A DNA stretch of 32,000 bases, from assembly GCF_043950625.1 (NCBI RefSeq), contig NZ_CP171007.1, one strand, 5' to 3'. The translations under genes and the position numbers were made by a program. The notes under the pieces were generated by a model, which was given only the letters and a program-made list of their open reading frames with translations, had not been told where the DNA came from and did no database searches. This document shows positions 9,577 to 18,863 of this stretch, piece after piece. This DNA comes from Alkanindiges sp. WGS2144 (GTDB taxonomy: Bacteria; Pseudomonadota; Gammaproteobacteria; Pseudomonadales; Moraxellaceae). How positions within the stretch are numbered: the stretch's first letter is position 1; every line of letters starts with the position of its first letter.

Positions 9577-10377
9577 CTAGGGATTTAACGACAATTTGGC
9601 AGCCAGACGTTGTATTGCAGGTATGGCTGGTTTAGGGACATGCATTTTTTCCAGAAATTCATAACTATTTCGGCTTAGGCTAAGCAAGCTGGAAACGCGA
9701 GTACCGTAGTTCGGTGTTTCAATAAAAATAGAGGACAGCACTTTTTCCAGCTCGGGGCCAATCCCGGTAATGGGCAAATCTGAATCACTGGCCTGTAGAC
9801 GGTCATTGAGAACCTGCCAGACCGCATCGGCCACCTCGTCAGGGATCTGCTGGTCGGCTGCAACCCCCTGCATCAGCGGCAGCACCTCTTGCATGGTACG
9901 CAAGCGCAAACGCTCCATTTTTGGCCACGGCTCACTAATCAGACCATTGGATAATGTGTATAAACCACTGGCTAGCGGAGTTGGTGCTGTGCCGCGATTA
10001 CTCAACACCACCGCCTGATTCAAGTCACCCACAATCAGGTTAAAACCTGCATATTCATGTTGCATTGCCAAATTTTGTGCAAATACCATGGGTGATAACT
10101 GGCCATTTAAATAATCCGTGACCAGCAAGCCACGTGATCGCTCATGATTGTTACGCTGGTTTTGTGGTTCACGATAGTTGGTAATTACTGCCCATTTGCC
10201 AGCTTGCGTCATGCCAAGCCAGGTGCCATGCGACACACAATCCTGCCCGGCAATAATCGGACTATCAGTCCACTGCCCTATGGGAATGGCTTTCCGGGCA
10301 TAAAATTCATCACGATTACTGATTAAAAACACCGGACGATCCGGCAATACCTGCCAGGCTAAGGCTGCAATGCACAT
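9577..10377 (-). CDS. NRDE family protein (TANGO2-like)
   Basis: The N-terminal MCIAALAW and the literal NRDE motif (LISNRDEFYAR) define the family. ATG 10377 (MCI...) is preferred over the upstream TTG at 10386. Confidence 0.8.
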   Translation of the reverse strand: MCIAALAWQVLPDRPVFLISNRDEFYARKAIPIGQWTDSPIIAGQDCVSHGTWLGMTQAGKWAVITNYREPQNQRNNHERSRGLLVTDYLNGQLSPMVFAQNLAMQHEYAGFNLIVGDLNQAVVLSNRGTAPTPLASGLYTLSNGLISEPWPKMERLRLRTMQEVLPLMQGVAADQQIPDEVADAVWQVLNDRLQASDSDLPITGIGPELEKVLSSIFIETPNYGTRVSSLLSLSRNSYEFLEKMHVPKPAIPAIQRLAAKLSLNP

Positions 10378-10463
10378 AAATTTCAATAATAAACAACAAT
10401 AACTTGAGCTATAGAATGCGCTAGAATGCAGTCACTTTGCAATTATTCTTCAATGGATGGTCT

Positions 10464-11279
10464 ATGTTAGTTTTTCCAGAATTTGACCCCGTTGCCGTAT
10501 CGCTAGGCCCCGTCAAAATTCACTGGTATGGCCTCATGTATGTGCTGGCTTTCTTATGCGCCTACGGACTGGCGACTTATCGTACAAAAACCCGGGATGG
10601 CTGGACACCGGAGATGGTATCCGATTTGCTGTTTTATGGCGCTTTGGGCGTGATCCTGGGTGGCCGGATTGGCTACGTCCTGTTTTATGAGTTTGACAAG
10701 TTTCTGGCTGATCCAATCTGGCTGTTCCAGGTGTGGACAGGCGGCATGAGCTTCCATGGCGGTTTTCTAGGCGTAATTATTGCCATGGTGTTTTTTGCCC
10801 GCAAATATCAAAAAACAGCCTTCCAGACCCTGGATTTTATTGCGCCGTGCGTGCCCACAGGCTTATTTTTTGGCCGCATTGGCAACTTTATTGGTGGCGA
10901 ACTGGTGGGCCGTCCAGTGGAAAATCTCAATTATCCACTAGCCATGATTTTTCCGCATGTTGACCAGATACCGCGCCATCCTTCCCAGCTATATCAGGCC
11001 TTGGGCGAAGGCATATTACTGTTTATTGTGCTGTGGTGGTTTTCAAGCCGTCCGCGTCCGCGCATGGCCGTATCAGCGGTATTTTTAATGGGTTATGGAC
11101 TGACTCGCTTCTTTGTGGAGTTTTTCCGTGAGCCTGATATTGATCAAGGCTTTATTTTATTTGGCTGGGTAACCAAGGGTCAGCTACTTAGTTTTCCAAT
11201 GATTCTTGCGGGTCTATGGCTGCTATGGTACGCCTACCGGCGCAAAATTTATGACTGGGGTCCACAAAAAAATAATTAA
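10464..11279 (+). CDS. lgt: Prolipoprotein diacylglyceryl transferase
   Basis: FPEFDPVAVSLGPVKIHWYGLMY, GGMSFHGG, GRIGNFIGGEL and RHPSQLY align with E. coli Lgt. ATG 10464 (MLVFPEFDP) is preferred over TTG 10437. Confidence 0.92.
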   Translation: MLVFPEFDPVAVSLGPVKIHWYGLMYVLAFLCAYGLATYRTKTRDGWTPEMVSDLLFYGALGVILGGRIGYVLFYEFDKFLADPIWLFQVWTGGMSFHGGFLGVIIAMVFFARKYQKTAFQTLDFIAPCVPTGLFFGRIGNFIGGELVGRPVENLNYPLAMIFPHVDQIPRHPSQLYQALGEGILLFIVLWWFSSRPRPRMAVSAVFLMGYGLTRFFVEFFREPDIDQGFILFGWVTKGQLLSFPMILAGLWLLWYAYRRKIYDWGPQKNN

Positions 11280-11291
11280 CCATACTCAATG

Positions 11292-11318
11292 AGCCATCTT
11301 AAATAAGGTGGCTTTTTT
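11292..11318 (+). terminator. Rho-independent terminator after lgt
   Basis: A 9-bp stem AGCCATCTT/AAGGTGGCT (one G-U pair) with loop AAAT is followed by TTTTTT. Confidence 0.7.
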
Positions 11319-11383
11319 ATGGCTGGTAACTAATAATAGACCCTGATTTTTTGCTTTGACTTTCTCAAACTGGCTGGCTAAAT

Positions 11384-12256
11384 ATGCATACTGAACCAAG
11401 ACCATCCACCTCCGAGCAGCAATACCTTGATCTTTTAGCCCTTGTGCTCGCGCATGGCGGTAAAAAATCAGACCGCACCGGAACAGGGACACAGTCGGTT
11501 TTCGGACATCAAATGCGTTTTGATCTAAGTCAGGGTTTTCCTGTTTTAACCACCAAGCGGGTGCATTTTCGCTCAGTCATTGTTGAGCTACTATGGTTTT
11601 TAAAGGGTGATACCAACGTTCAGTACTTGCAGGACAATAAAGTGTCTATCTGGGATGAATGGGCCACCGCAGAGCAAACCGCACGTTTTGGCCGCCCGGC
11701 TGGTGAGCTAGGTCCCGTGTATGGCCATCAGTGGCGCAATTTTGGTGCCACACAAAACCCTGATGGTAGCTATAAAAACGATGGCTTTGATCAAATCAGC
11801 TGGCTGATTAATGAAATCAAGACCAATCCTGATTCACGCCGTTTAATTGTATCCGGCTGGAATCCTCGCGAAGCCAATGAAGTCGCACTACCGCCCTGCC
11901 ATACCCTGTTTCAGTTCTTTGTACAGGATGACAAACTATCCTGCCAGTTGTACCAGCGTAGTGCCGATATTTTTCTGGGTGTGCCGTTTAATATTGCCAG
12001 CTATGCCCTGCTTACCCATATGGTGGCGCAAGTGTGTGGCTTAAGCGTCGGTGATTTTGTCTGGACGGGCGGCGATTGTCATTTGTATAGCAATCATATT
12101 GAGCAGGCTAAACTACAATTAAGCCGCGAGCCTTTTGCGCTACCGCAGCTAACAATTAATCCAGCAGTGCAGGATATTTTTGACTTTACACTGGAAGATA
12201 TTGAGCTGGTCAATTATCAGCATCATCCCGGCATTAAAGCCGATGTTGCTGTATAA
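11384..12256 (+). CDS. thyA: Thymidylate synthase
   Basis: The ORF is near-colinear with E. coli ThyA ([19 protein letters not shown], active-site [41 protein letters not shown]). Confidence 0.95.
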   Translation: MHTEPRPSTSEQQYLDLLALVLAHGGKKSDRTGTGTQSVFGHQMRFDLSQGFPVLTTKRVHFRSVIVELLWFLKGDTNVQYLQDNKVSIWDEWATAEQTARFGRPAGELGPVYGHQWRNFGATQNPDGSYKNDGFDQISWLINEIKTNPDSRRLIVSGWNPREANEVALPPCHTLFQFFVQDDKLSCQLYQRSADIFLGVPFNIASYALLTHMVAQVCGLSVGDFVWTGGDCHLYSNHIEQAKLQLSREPFALPQLTINPAVQDIFDFTLEDIELVNYQHHPGIKADVAV

Positions 12257-12274
12257 GATACAGGAAGAATAACG

Positions 12275-12799
12275 ATGAGCTGGAATAATATTGAACTGGT
12301 GCATGTGGTGGCCATGGATGAACAGCGCTGTATTGGTGTGGACAACCAGTTGCCCTGGCATTTAAGCGACGATTTAAAACACTTTAAGCGGATTACCCAG
12401 GGCGGCGTGATCGTGATGGGGCGTAAAACTTATGACTCTATGGGGCGCGCCCTGCCCAACCGGATAAACTGGGTGCTGACCCGTGATGAGAGTTGGCAGG
12501 TTGATGGGGTAAAAGTTGCGCATAGTCTGGAAGAAATATTAAATAAAGCATGTGACGACGTCAGACAGCTTGAGCAAACTTCTTTATTTATTATTGGTGG
12601 CGCTGAAATTTTTAAGCAAAGCATACCATTTACCGATCGGCTGGAACTGACTCATGTGGCTTTAGATGTTCAGGGCGATACCTTTTATCCGACGATACCC
12701 GCTGATTTTAAAGCCACCCAGCGCTCCCCCATGCAGGATGAAAAAACCGGCACTGTCTTTGAATTTGTGACTTATATACGCCGGACTGCCTCCCTCTAA
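12275..12799 (+). CDS. folA: Dihydrofolate reductase
   Basis: The DHFR motifs VVAMDEQRCIGVDNQLPW, VIVMGRKTYDS and FIIGGAEIF are present. It lies directly downstream of thyA. Confidence 0.9.
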   Translation: MSWNNIELVHVVAMDEQRCIGVDNQLPWHLSDDLKHFKRITQGGVIVMGRKTYDSMGRALPNRINWVLTRDESWQVDGVKVAHSLEEILNKACDDVRQLEQTSLFIIGGAEIFKQSIPFTDRLELTHVALDVQGDTFYPTIPADFKATQRSPMQDEKTGTVFEFVTYIRRTASL

Positions 12800-12803
12800 A
12801 AGC

Positions 12804-13928
12804 ATGGGCGTTCCGGCATGGCAGCAAGCCAGCATTCGATCCCTTCAATATCTGCTTTGGACACTACTGGCGTTAAGCATTCTAGCCGCAGGTATTTGGG
12901 CAAGTTTTGCCCTATGGGTGCAGTTGCCGGTTAGTGCTGTTTTAAAAGTCATGGCAATTACCCTGTGGTGGCTACTTAGCCTGATTGTGCTTGGCACATT
13001 GTTTAAGCACTTAAATGCCAAGTGCGTCAAAGCCAGCTTAACACAGGCCAGACCCTCAAAAACTGGTATCAATTTTTCAAAATATTTTTATCACAGCTTG
13101 CTGGTTTATGTCGCTGCTGTGATCACCTTGCTGGTCTGGTGGCAAAGCATTGAGCCCAAACAAAACCGGCAATGGGCAGCCGATGTTTCCCGCCTATTGC
13201 AGGTAGAACAGCACGGTAATCTGGTGACACTGCATAACGTCAGAAATTTTGACTGGCGTACTCCTACAGACTTTACCCCACGCTGGGAAACCCGGCAGTA
13301 CGATCTGAACAAATTATCCTCTCTGGATGTCATTACCTCTTACTGGATGGGGCCGCCAATTGCCCATGTGCTACTGAGTTTTGGATTTGATGATGGGCAA
13401 TATCTGACTTTTTCTATTGAAACTCGCCGTGAACACCATGAAGGTTTTTCAACCATTGGCGGTTTTTTTCGGATGTTTGAGCTGAGCCTGATTGCAGCCG
13501 ATGAGCGTGATATTTTATATACCCGTAGCAATGTTCGTGGTGAGCAAGTTTATTTGTACCGTATGGATATTTCTAGACAGAATATTCGTCGCCTATTTGA
13601 CAGCTATCTGGAAGAAGCACATGAGCTTGAAAAACAACCGCGTTTTTATAATACGCTCACCAGTAACTGTACCACCATTGTATTTGATATGGCCCGACTG
13701 ATTGACCCCGGCCTACCCTTGGATTACCGAATCATTTTAAGCGGATATTTGCCGCAATATATTTATGAACATCATGGGTTTAATACCACGCTGTCTTTTA
13801 AACAGTTGCAGCGTCAGGCCTATATTAATCCCTATGCAGAAGCGTTTGCAGCTTCAGGAAGTCAGTCTTCTCAAGCTTATTCCCAAGCAATTCGGCACAA
13901 TATACAAACCAGAACCAATTTTCAATAA
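12804..13928 (+). CDS. DUF4105-like (Lnb N-terminal domain) membrane protein
   Basis: N-terminal transmembrane helices are followed by a conserved block (NRQWAADVSRL...VTLHNVRNFDWRT...SYWMGPPIAHVLLSFGF...FSIETRRE) that I recognise as the DUF4105 family. It starts 4 nt after folA. Confidence 0.6.
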   Translation: MGVPAWQQASIRSLQYLLWTLLALSILAAGIWASFALWVQLPVSAVLKVMAITLWWLLSLIVLGTLFKHLNAKCVKASLTQARPSKTGINFSKYFYHSLLVYVAAVITLLVWWQSIEPKQNRQWAADVSRLLQVEQHGNLVTLHNVRNFDWRTPTDFTPRWETRQYDLNKLSSLDVITSYWMGPPIAHVLLSFGFDDGQYLTFSIETRREHHEGFSTIGGFFRMFELSLIAADERDILYTRSNVRGEQVYLYRMDISRQNIRRLFDSYLEEAHELEKQPRFYNTLTSNCTTIVFDMARLIDPGLPLDYRIILSGYLPQYIYEHHGFNTTLSFKQLQRQAYINPYAEAFAASGSQSSQAYSQAIRHNIQTRTNFQ

Positions 13929-14013
13929 TCAACGTTTTCCACACATAGCTGCTATAGGCGTGCTGACTACTTTCTGGTTTTATTGAACTCACTGAGCAAT
14001 AAGGAAGAGAAAT

Positions 14014-14490
14014 ATGCTTAAACCAATGATTATGGCGCCCCTGATGGGCTGTGTATTTCTAACAAGTGCTTGTAGCAACATGCCTTTTCATCATGGCACG
14101 ACTAATCACAGTGCTACAAATACCATCAACCTGACCATGCTCACTGATGTCACCTGGCAGCAGATTTTGCCCGGTGAAATAAATCGTCCTAATATTCGCT
14201 TTAGCAGCCAGGATCATCGTGTTTCAGGCAGTGACGGCTGTAACCGCCTCATGGGCACCTATCAGGCCGATGACCAGCATTTAAAGCTTAGCCCCATTGC
14301 CAGTACCAGAATGGCTTGTGTTAGCCAGGATGAAACATTGTCCAGAAAATTTACCGACGCCTTAAGCAAAACCGCAGCTTACCGGTTTGAAAACGGCAAT
14401 TTGATTTTACTCGACAGCGAAAATAATAGACCTCTTGCGAAAGTCGTTATTGCAAGTTCATCCGGTTTACCAGTGCAGCGATTAAGTTAA
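14014..14490 (+). CDS. META-domain (HslJ-like) lipoprotein; 3' end replaced by IS-derived sequence
   Basis: A lipoprotein signal with Cys (VFLTSACSN) is followed by the META-domain pattern SGSDGCNRLMGTY...LKLSPIASTRMAC. From codon 139 (14428 onward) the reading frame runs into the IS inverted repeat, so the last 20 aa (RPLAKVVIASSSGLPVQRLS) are IS-encoded. Confidence 0.7.
   Translation: MLKPMIMAPLMGCVFLTSACSNMPFHHGTTNHSATNTINLTMLTDVTWQQILPGEINRPNIRFSSQDHRVSGSDGCNRLMGTYQADDQHLKLSPIASTRMACVSQDETLSRKFTDALSKTAAYRFENGNLILLDSENNRPLAKVVIASSSGLPVQRLS
14428..14444. repeat. IS left terminal inverted repeat
   Basis: AGACCTCTTGCGAAAGT is a perfect 17-bp reverse complement of 15294-15310. Confidence 0.85.
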
Positions 14491-14878
14491 TGCGTAAACC
14501 GAATCTTTTCCGTCGATTTCGATAGCGTTCACTTAGTATTCTAAATCTTTTCAATTGACTGTTAATATGTTCGATTACAACTCGTATTTTTCCAATCATT
14601 TTATTGTACTTTTTCTCAACATCAAATAAGGGTAAATTCTTCTTTTTCTTTATTGGCATCAATAATTTAAAGCCATCTTGCTCTAACCCATAGTACCCTA
14701 AATCGGTCATAACATATTCAAAATGTTTGAATTTTTTTACTGTTTTTCTTGCCAATTTAATATCATGCTGACTGCCAGACGATATATCTACTCCTATGAT
14801 TTGTTTGCTCTTCGGATGATAGATCACTTGGGCTTTTAGCGTATGTTTCTTCTTTTTACCACTGTAGAACTTACTCTG
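14447..14878 (-). CDS. IS5-family transposase, C-terminal part (orfB, DDE domain)
   Basis: This frame is +1 relative to orfA and open from 14896. It reads ...QSKFYSGKKKKHTLKAQVIYHPKSKQIIGVDISSGSQHD...MTDLGYYG...VIEHINSQLKRFRILSERYRNRRKRF. The ORF track only lists it from the internal GTG at 14827. Confidence 0.8.
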   Translation of the reverse strand, partial: QSKFYSGKKKKHTLKAQVIYHPKSKQIIGVDISSGSQHDIKLARKTVKKFKHFEYVMTDLGYYGLEQDGFKLLMPIKKKKNLPLFDVEKKYNKMIGKIRVVIEHINSQLKRFRILSERYRNRRKRFGLRINLIAALVNRMNLQ

Positions 14879-15269
14879 ATTTTTTTTTCGGGCGTTCTAT
14901 TGAACATTCTGTAGCATCAATAATGACCCAGTTAAATTGTTCGTTTGCTGTGGTAATGCTTCGTTTTGGCAAGGTAAAACGTCTTGATTTCATTAATGCA
15001 TCTTCAACCTTTTTAATAGTTCGATTCACATTACTTTCAGCGATATGGTAATTTGCAGCCAATTCCAATTGAGTGCTGTAATTCCGTAAGTAATTGAGTG
15101 TTAATAATAATTGATCCTCTATAACTAAAGTATGAGGACGCCCAGATTTCTTTTTAAGTGATTCTGCTTCTTTTAAAACTTCGACCATTTCACTAAAAAC
15201 TGGTCGAGGTACACCAACCAAGCGCTTGAATTCAGAATCTGAAAAACGGTTTAATTTCTGATATTTCAT
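14871..15269 (-). CDS. IS5-family transposase, N-terminal part (orfA, HTH plus first catalytic Asp)
   Basis: The 132-aa ORF is MKYQKLNRFSDSEFKRLVGVPRPVF...LLLTLNYLRNYSTQLELAANYHIAESNVNRTI...VIIDATECSIERPKKKSE. It ends just after an A9 tract (14880-14888). Confidence 0.8.
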   Translation of the reverse strand: MKYQKLNRFSDSEFKRLVGVPRPVFSEMVEVLKEAESLKKKSGRPHTLVIEDQLLLTLNYLRNYSTQLELAANYHIAESNVNRTIKKVEDALMKSRRFTLPKRSITTANEQFNWVIIDATECSIERPKKKSE

Positions 15270-15293
15270 GAAATCTATATTGAGGCAGTTTTT

Positions 15294-15310
15294 ACTTTCG
15301 CAAGAGGTCT
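15294..15310. repeat. IS right terminal inverted repeat
   Basis: ACTTTCGCAAGAGGTCT is a perfect 17-bp reverse complement of 14428-14444. Confidence 0.85.
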
Positions 15311-15503
15311 ACTATATTGTATTTATTTTGTTATTACAATAAGTGCAAACTGATATATGGATAGAAATTCCATTTTTATTTAAGATAATGATAGAGTAAT
15401 ACCAAGAGGCTGAAATTTGGGACTTAACTTCAGGCTCTTTACCTTTATGTATTAAAACCGGTTTAAGTGATGAACTATTAGAATAAAGCCTGGAAACTAA
15501 AAT

Positions 15504-17162
15504 ATGCATTCAGCAAAAAAGATATTCTCCATATCACTGCTTGGTAGTATGGTAATGGCGTGTAGCAGTATTGATATTCCACATCCTATAGCTGCTGAAC
15601 AAATGGCGATTCGTGCTCAAAAGGTACAACATAAACAGAGAGTCGCCTCTACAATCCGACCAGAAGGAGCCCGGGCACCTATCGCTACATTCGTCACGCC
15701 AGCCCCTGTTATCGAATCCTGGCAACCAGTGACGAATACAGAAAAATATCAAAAAAATGAGGTTAATCCCGTTCATCGTGTTGCTGATCAGGCAATCTCG
15801 ACTTTTAGCATTGATGTAGATACAGGAAGCTATACCAATACACGCCGCTATTTAAATGACGGTCGCTTACCCCCTATTGATGCTGTGCGTGCAGAGGAAA
15901 TGATTAATTATTTTGATTACCAGTATCCACAGCCAACAGGTGTTCATCCATTTTCAATCAGCACCGAAACCATAGATTCCCCATGGAAAGAACACGCCAA
16001 ATTAATCAAAATTGGTATTCAGGCCAAATACTTAGTAGCAAAACAACTGCCGCCTGTAAATCTGGTGTTTTTAGTTGATGTGTCAGGCAGCATGAATGAA
16101 CCAAATAAGCTGCCACTCGTAAAACAAACATTGCGCTTATTGACAGAGCAATTACGTTCCCAGGATAAAGTTACTATTATCACTTATGCCAGTGGTGAAA
16201 AATTAGTGCTTGAATCAACTGCCGGCGATCAGAAAGATAAAATTCTACGCGTAATCAATGAGCTACAGGCAGGTGGGTCAACAGCAGGTGAACAGGCCAT
16301 TCATCTTGCTTATCAACAGGCGCAAAAAGCTTTTGTGCAAAATGGAATTAATCGCATTTTATTGGCAACTGATGGTGATTTTAATGTTGGTATTACTGAT
16401 TTTAGCACCCTAAAAGGAATAGTTGCTGAAAAGCGCAAAAGTGGTATTTCCTTAACCACGCTTGGTTTTGGTACAGGCAATTATAATGAACAGTTAATGG
16501 AACAACTTGCCGATGCTGGCGATGGCAACTACAGCTATATTGATAATAAAAATGAAGCCAAAAAAGTATTACAGCGTCAGTTATCATCTACTTTGGCAAC
16601 GGTCGCTCAAGACGTAAAAATACAGGTGGAATTTAACCCCGCAACGGTAAAAGAGTATCGTTTGGTCGGTTATGAAAATCGAATGTTAAAACAGGAAGAT
16701 TTTAACAATGACAAGGTAGATGCTGGCGATATTGGCGCAGGACACAGTGTTACTGCCCTGTATGAAATCATTCCTGCGGGTCAGCAAGGTTGGTTGAATG
16801 ATTCACGCTATCAACCTGTTGCACAAACTAATCCAAAGACCAGCTCAAATCAAAAATCAGAATATGCCTATGTCAATGTGCGCTACAAGCTGCCTAATCA
16901 GGACAAAAGTATCTTATTGAGTCAGCCAGTAAGCGTGGTCAGCAAGGCATTATCTCAGGCCAGTCATGATAGTCGTTTTGCAGTCGCCGTCGCAGCCTAT
17001 GCCCAGCAGCTCAAAGGTGGGCAATACAATGGAACAATGGGGTGGAATCAAATTATTCAACTTGCCCAGCAATCGGCACAGCCTGATCCTTATCAAATGC
17101 GTGAAGAATTTATGGAACTTGCCAAAATTGCTAAAAGTTTAAGTGCTAAAAAGGAGGAATAA
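15504..17162 (+). CDS. von Willebrand factor type A domain lipoprotein (YfbK-like)
   Basis: It has a lipobox (SMVMACSS) and the N-terminal block STFSIDVDTGSYTNTRRYLNDGRLPPIDAVRAEEMINYFDY typical of YfbK-type proteins. The vWA MIDAS motif is LVDVSGSMNE. The C-terminal region has the layout of DUF3520. Confidence 0.8.
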   Translation: MHSAKKIFSISLLGSMVMACSSIDIPHPIAAEQMAIRAQKVQHKQRVASTIRPEGARAPIATFVTPAPVIESWQPVTNTEKYQKNEVNPVHRVADQAISTFSIDVDTGSYTNTRRYLNDGRLPPIDAVRAEEMINYFDYQYPQPTGVHPFSISTETIDSPWKEHAKLIKIGIQAKYLVAKQLPPVNLVFLVDVSGSMNEPNKLPLVKQTLRLLTEQLRSQDKVTIITYASGEKLVLESTAGDQKDKILRVINELQAGGSTAGEQAIHLAYQQAQKAFVQNGINRILLATDGDFNVGITDFSTLKGIVAEKRKSGISLTTLGFGTGNYNEQLMEQLADAGDGNYSYIDNKNEAKKVLQRQLSSTLATVAQDVKIQVEFNPATVKEYRLVGYENRMLKQEDFNNDKVDAGDIGAGHSVTALYEIIPAGQQGWLNDSRYQPVAQTNPKTSSNQKSEYAYVNVRYKLPNQDKSILLSQPVSVVSKALSQASHDSRFAVAVAAYAQQLKGGQYNGTMGWNQIIQLAQQSAQPDPYQMREEFMELAKIAKSLSAKKEE

Positions 17163-17313
17163 CGCTTACCTCAGATTAGCTTAATCTTGTTGTCTCATAG
17201 GTCGCCAACAACATTTTTCTACATGCCTTCACATAGTGTGTGCAGACAGTGTAGCCTGAAGTTTATATAGTTTTTACTATTGGGCTTTTAATAAACTTTA
17301 AAAGGATAACAAT

Positions 17314-17838
17314 ATGACTCTGCAACGCGCAATATTTGGTGGCGGCTGCTTTTGGTGTACTGAGGCGGTTTTTCGTCAGGTGAAAGGTGTCAGCACTGTA
17401 ATCAGTGGCTATGCCGGTGGTGCAAGGCCGAATCCCAACTATGAGCAGGTATGCTCCGGTGCAACAGGTCATGCTGAAGTGATTGCCGTAGATTTTGACC
17501 CTGAACAGATTAGTTTTGACACGCTACTGGATATTTTCTTTGCCACCCATGACCCAACCACCTTAAACCGTCAGGGTAACGACATTGGCACTCAGTATCG
17601 CTCGGTAATTTATTATCAGAATGCTGAACAACAAAAAATTGCGCAGGCCAAAATAGATCAACTCAAGCAGCAGGGATTAAATATAGTCACTGAACTCAGT
17701 CCAGCAGTACCGTTTTACGAGGCTGAGGATTACCATCAGGATTTTTATACCAAAAATCCAACTCAGGGTTACTGTAACTTTGCCATTCCTCCCAAACTGG
17801 CAAAACTAAAACATTATTTTTCAGACCAACTGGCTTAA
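17314..17838 (+). CDS. msrA: Peptide-methionine (S)-S-oxide reductase
   Basis: The active-site [12 protein letters not shown] is present, along with GYAGG...[18 protein letters not shown] and [18 protein letters not shown]. Confidence 0.93.
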   Translation: MTLQRAIFGGGCFWCTEAVFRQVKGVSTVISGYAGGARPNPNYEQVCSGATGHAEVIAVDFDPEQISFDTLLDIFFATHDPTTLNRQGNDIGTQYRSVIYYQNAEQQKIAQAKIDQLKQQGLNIVTELSPAVPFYEAEDYHQDFYTKNPTQGYCNFAIPPKLAKLKHYFSDQLA

Positions 17839-17877
17839 GCTTAGGCTATTTTTGATCCGGTTTGTATAGCACAGGAT

Positions 17878-18408
17878 TTACTGGATATTATTATTGTCTA
17901 ACAAGCTGTTAAAAAATGGCAGGCATTGCTCCAGTGCCTGACAGTCCTGTCCCAGACTGCGTTTAATAAAAAAATCCTGCACCATTTGCGCCTGTTGCTC
18001 AATGCCATAAGCAAAAAAGCTTTTACCCTGTTTTAAAAGATAGCGATAGCGCCGGTCAAGAAGGGCACGCTGGATGACTTTCATGCCCTGCTGCACCTGC
18101 CAGACATGGGTCATTTCATGCATAAACCAGCCTTGTTTATCTAAAGAAGCAGTAGAAAAATCTTCTAGATAATCTGCCGGGTTAAAGTAAACATGACCAT
18201 TGGGGCTCATGGCATAGCCTGTTAATATCCAGTCGCTGCTACAAATGCGCGGCGAGTTCAAATCAAGCTGATCATGAAACACAGAATATGCCAGACTTTT
18301 TTCACCCAGAGTCAATGGCCGACAATGCCGCAAGCGCAACAAGGGTGAGGTGAGACGAGTCAGTGAGGCTTTAAATCGCCTGTTGATTCTGACAATTTCT
18401 GGCAACAT
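17878..18408 (-). CDS. DUF4157-like protein with HExxH zinc-metallopeptidase motif
   Basis: The 176-aa ORF contains WFMHEMTHVWQVQQG. This HExxHxxQ motif, together with the preceding ...GHVYFNPADY... layout, resembles DUF4157 (eCIS-core-like) domains. No signal peptide is obvious. Confidence 0.5.
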   Translation of the reverse strand: MLPEIVRINRRFKASLTRLTSPLLRLRHCRPLTLGEKSLAYSVFHDQLDLNSPRICSSDWILTGYAMSPNGHVYFNPADYLEDFSTASLDKQGWFMHEMTHVWQVQQGMKVIQRALLDRRYRYLLKQGKSFFAYGIEQQAQMVQDFFIKRSLGQDCQALEQCLPFFNSLLDNNNIQ

Positions 18409-18863
18409 ACAGATTTAAAAATGCATTTGTTATAAAGTTTGTATAATAGAGCCGAATGCGGCATTAAACTATTTTAACATGTAACACAGGAGCAAAATCT
18501 GCCCTTGGAAAGATTAAAACGTTAAGTAGCCTGAGCTAAACAAACCGTAAAGTTAATGCGTCATTCACTTACATTACTGGCTTGTTAAAAAGAGTATGGT
18601 GCCTGTATTGATCCCCGGATTACTGTACTGTGCTTATGACATTGCGCTTAAGAGAGTTTGCCCTCATTGATATGCTAAATATCTGGATTAATGATTTAAA
18701 CAGGGCATAAATACAGTACAATATTCATCAATTTTTATGACTTATTGCACTATAAATCATGGTGTAGCAATGCAATTTATAACAGTAATACGCATTCGCC
18801 AGTCAATGACCGTGCAAAAATACCCGGCTTTTAAGCAGGGAAGTTTAAGGAAACAGGATTATT

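Larger units (their letters stand above)
14429..15309 (-). mobile_element. IS5-family insertion sequence (~0.88 kb), transposase in two ORFs
   Basis: Terminal inverted repeats (T)AGACCTCTTGCGAAAGT occur at 14427-14444 and as the reverse complement at 15294-15311. The flanking TA (14427-28 and 15310-11) can be read as a 2-bp target duplication. The interior is visibly more AT-rich than the flanks and encodes a DDE transposase (IIDATE..., TDLGYYG, VIEHINSQLKRFRIL...RYRNRR). Confidence 0.85.

Noticed and set aside
15312-15509. A 65-aa minus-strand ORF between the IS and the vWA gene.
   Set aside because: The stretch is very AT-rich, the ORF overlaps the vWA start, and there is no RBS or motif. 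It also occupies the region that would be the native 3' end of the META gene on the other strand.
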